The notes beneath the pieces were generated by a model. That model was given only the letters and a program-made list of their open reading frames with translations, did not search any database and had not been told where the DNA came from. From Eledone cirrhosa (taxonomy: Eukaryota), in NCBI GenBank assembly GCA_964016885.1, contig OZ024745.1:92814001-92878000 (forward strand): a stretch of DNA of 64,000 nucleotides, read 5' to 3'. The translations under genes were made by a program, and so were the position numbers. Below, one piece after another: positions 60,382-64,000 of the stretch. Every line of letters starts with the position of its first letter. Position 1 is the first letter of the stretch.

Positions 60382-60721
60382 ATATATATAATGGAAGCAC
60401 ATGGCTTAGTGGTTAGAGCATTGGCCTTGCAATCGAAAGGTTGTGAGTTCAATTCTCAGACCGGGTGATGTGTTGTTTCCTTGAGCAAGAAACTTTATTT
60501 CACATTGCTCCAGTTTACTCAGCTGTAGAAATGAGATGATAGGAACTGGGGTCCATATCATTCCACTGCAAAGTGGTCGTGGAGGTGCCATGGCAAAAAA
60601 AGCACCCAGCACTCACTGTAAATGAGGTTGGTGTTAGGAAGGGCATCCAGCTGTAGAAATCAAGCCAGAATCAGTTCCGGGAAAAAGCGGACGTAAAATG
60701 AAATGATGATACATATATATA

Positions 60722-62005
60722 CAGGGTGTGGATGATATTTGTTCGCAATTTTCAACTGCTAATTTTATGCAAATTTTTTTTACTTCCATTATCACTCTTG
60801 TCTTCATAAAAACAATGACTATATTTCCATTATTTATTTTCAGAATAATTGATTATGAATAATTTTGAACCTCCAAATTTGTGGAAGAGACACGGAGTTC
60901 TTCTTGGAATCCGCGCCGGGAGGACAAATAAGGAAATCTCAGTGTCAGCAGGAGAATGGTGGAAAAGGTCAGAAAGGAATTGGAAGATTCAGGATTCGAC
61001 TATGAAGCAACATCAGAGAGGAAAACACATGATCGACGAACTGACACCTTTAGAACGCCCGAGTTCGTCGCTGAAGTTCAGGATATCATCAACAATGAAA
61101 CTACAAGTCGATGCGGGCCATTGCAAGGGAGAAAGGCGTGGATGAAAAGCTCATTAGGCTGGTGGTACATGAAGACATTCGCTACGTTTCATACAAGATG
61201 AGGAAAGGACAATTTCTGTCAAAGGTGATGCAAGAAAAGCGACTGAAGCACGCAAAGAAGCTGATCAACAAGTTGAAACACCCACTGGAGCCAGACATGG
61301 TGTGGTTTTTCTCCAACAAGAAAAACTTCTGCCAAGACCAGAAGATCAACTCCCAGAACAACAGGTGGCTCGCTGTCTCATCCAAAGACGTGCCCAGAGT
61401 CATGCAGACAAAGTTTCCAGCAAAAACATTGGTCTTAGGTGTTGTCAGCAGTCAAGGTGACGTCATGCCACCTCACTTCTTCCCTGAGGGCCTCAAGCTG
61501 AACACCGATGGCTACATCTGCGTTCTGGGCGAGGTAGTAAAGCCCTGGATCGACCAGGTAGCTGCAGGTAGGCCGAATGTGTGGCAGCAAGACTCAGCGC
61601 CCTGCCATACCAGCCGAAAGATCCAAGCCTGGCTGTCAGAGAACTTCGTCGACCACACTTCACCTGACATCTGGCCTCCCAGCTCGCCTGACTGCAACCC
61701 CTTAGACTTCTTTGTGTGGGGCACAGTGGAACGAGACACCAACAGATCTAGCTGTAATACAAGAGACGATCTGAAGGCCAGGATCACAAGTGCCTTTAGG
61801 GGCCTAAGTCGGGGGACAGTGACGAAGGCCTGTAGCCGGTTCTGAGGCCGTCATCAAAGCCAATGGCGGGTTTATCGAGTGAGATCGAAAGAACAAGTCA
61901 TGAACACAAACTGACCCAAGTCTGATAAATATATCTTAAAAAATAAAAATTCTGTGTTTTTTTTCCTAGACAGTAATCTTGCGAACAAATATCGTCCGCA
62001 CCCTG
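60722..62005 (+). mobile_element. DD37D (maT-family) Tc1/mariner transposon, defective
   Basis: 27-bp TIRs cagggtgtggatgatatttgttcgcaa / ttgcgaacaaatatcgtccgcaccctg, TA flanks; QQDSAPCH-37aa-SPDCNPLD; first Asp mutated (FSNKK); frameshifts. Confidence 0.94.
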
Positions 62006-63506
62006 TATATATATATATAAACAAAATAAATGTCAGAGATGGTTCTAAAAATACTTCCAACTATAAAGAAATATTTCAGTTGCCTAACCTGATAAAATTC
62101 CAACAAAAAATAAAAAATTTTTTTAAAACCATAATTGGTTAATCATTTTTTACTGTACAGCATGATTGGCTTTTATAATCTATTACCTTAATCAATAAAT
62201 AATTTGAACAAACTCTTTAATTAGATTTGTAATTCCTTACCTGAATGTAGCTGAAACTTCAAAATACTCATAAACACACACATACATATGCACACATACA
62301 TTTATATATATAGACATACATACATACCCTCCCCTATAACTACAATAGTTGGCTTAGTTTAAAAAGCAAATGCATAAAAGCAAAACCAAGATAGTTATCA
62401 GTTACGTGAATGAAAGCAGCAACAGTTGTACCACATGAAGAAAATACAGCAGCTATTTTTTTTAAAAATACATATTTAAAGAATGAACCAGCTAAGATAG
62501 TCTAAAATGCACCTGTTATTAATAACATCAATGTAGACACACTTTTTAAAAAATAGGTTATATTTTTCAATGATATTAAATGTTTATAGATTTTAGATTG
62601 TATAACCATAAAAAAGAAATTCCTTTAGTATCGATTACCATCTTAGAATATTAGTCACTGTAGGTTTGCTTTGAGGTTTTTTGAGGGGGTTACTGTCTTT
62701 TTCTTTAACTCTTTAGCATTCAAACCGGCCATATCCAGCCAGAATTCTCTCACCTCTTCTGTTCAAACTGGCCATAACTAGCTGCTCATATTTAAGGAAT
62801 TGTTCTCAAAATAAATAATTGTTTCTACTTTTAGCACAAGGCCAGCAATTATCCCAGTGTATTACTGGTACTTTATTTTATCGACCCCGTAAGGATGAAA
62901 GGCAAAGTTAACCTCGGCGAGATTTGAACAATAATACCAAAACCTCAGATTCAATATTATGTGAGATAATTATGTGAGGTAAAGCCTTTACTGTGAAAAT
63001 ACAATAGTATATATAGAGTAATGCAAATGCTAAAGGGTTAAGGATATGATTAAGATGAAATTATAAACAGTTTTTTTTTTTTACAAGTGATGACCAAGGA
63101 CTTATAACCAGATTCTATTACTTATCAATAATTTATTTATACAATCTCATGACATTGTTTAAAAATTTTCCTCCACAATACACTAATGCAGAAACTTAAC
63201 ATCAAAATGGTTTCAGATATTACAACAGTAGCTACACATTATAATGTGTGTGTGTGTGTGTGACAGCTCACACCTATGCAGGTTTAGCTGGCCTCCTCCA
63301 AGGTATATCTCGGAGGTGTCTTGGGTGATTTAATGATAATGACCCCAGTCCTATCATCTCATTTCTACAGCTGAGTAAACTGGAGCATCGCGAAATAAAG
63401 TGTCTTGCTCAAGTCTGAGAATTGCCCGGTCAGAGAATTGAACTCGCAACCTTTCGATTGCAAGCCCAATGCTCTAACCACTAAGCTATGCGCCTTCACA
63501 TTAAAT

Positions 63507-63538
<32 letters not shown>

Positions 63539-63769
63539 TCAGATAAGGTGTGATAAAAACCAGCTAGACCATAAACCACCAGAGTACTCAATACTTGGGG
63601 TAGTAGAGTGGGTAATATCAAAAGATTTAGGACCCGACGGCTGAGCTCCGGTTGTTTCGACTGCTAGCTCAGGGAAAAGCAGACGTAAAATGATGATGAT
63701 ATATGTGTGTTATGTAATATATTTTGTATATAGTATGCATTTGGGTTTCATGTTAACATGGACATAAGT

Positions 63770-64000
63770 TATATATACATAGATATATAACATACATATA
63801 TATATAACCTATATATACATAGATATATAACATACATATATAACCTATATATACATAGATATATAACATACATATATATAACTTATATATACATAGATAT
63901 ATAACATACATATATATAACCTATATATACATAGATATATAACATACATATATATAACCTATATATACATAGATATATAACATACATATATACATAGATA
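63770..64000. repeat. ~36-40-bp minisatellite built from TA-rich sequence
   Basis: Unit atatatacatagatatataacatacatatatataacct. Confidence 0.9.

Overview
AT-rich, repeat-dominated eukaryotic intronic or intergenic DNA. The SINE/RTE repertoire and (TA)n/(CA)n/(GAT)n arrays suggest an octopus or other coleoid cephalopod (inference). No host protein-coding gene can be supported. The window holds a near full-length disrupted RTE LINE (APE-RT with a PHD-type finger) and several 5'-truncated copies from two subfamilies. It also holds a Penelope-like (PLE) RT+GIY-YIG fragment, a mariner deletion derivative, a DD37D (maT) transposon, two tRNA-derived SINE families, piggyBac-type and Tc1-type MITEs, non-autonomous Helitrons and several minisatellites. 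The most notable signal is not in the ORF track. At least ten loci carry type I hammerhead ribozyme motifs (CUGAUGA/CUGAAGA...GAAA...NUH with paired stems I-III), from several unrelated sequence families. They sit in small non-coding elements in or beside (TA)n tracts, and most are head-to-head fold-back inverted duplications. Where both arms span the core, both strands carry a ribozyme copy, and one copy is often broken in the catalytic core. One family has a variant (C/U)AGAAGA core in three copies.
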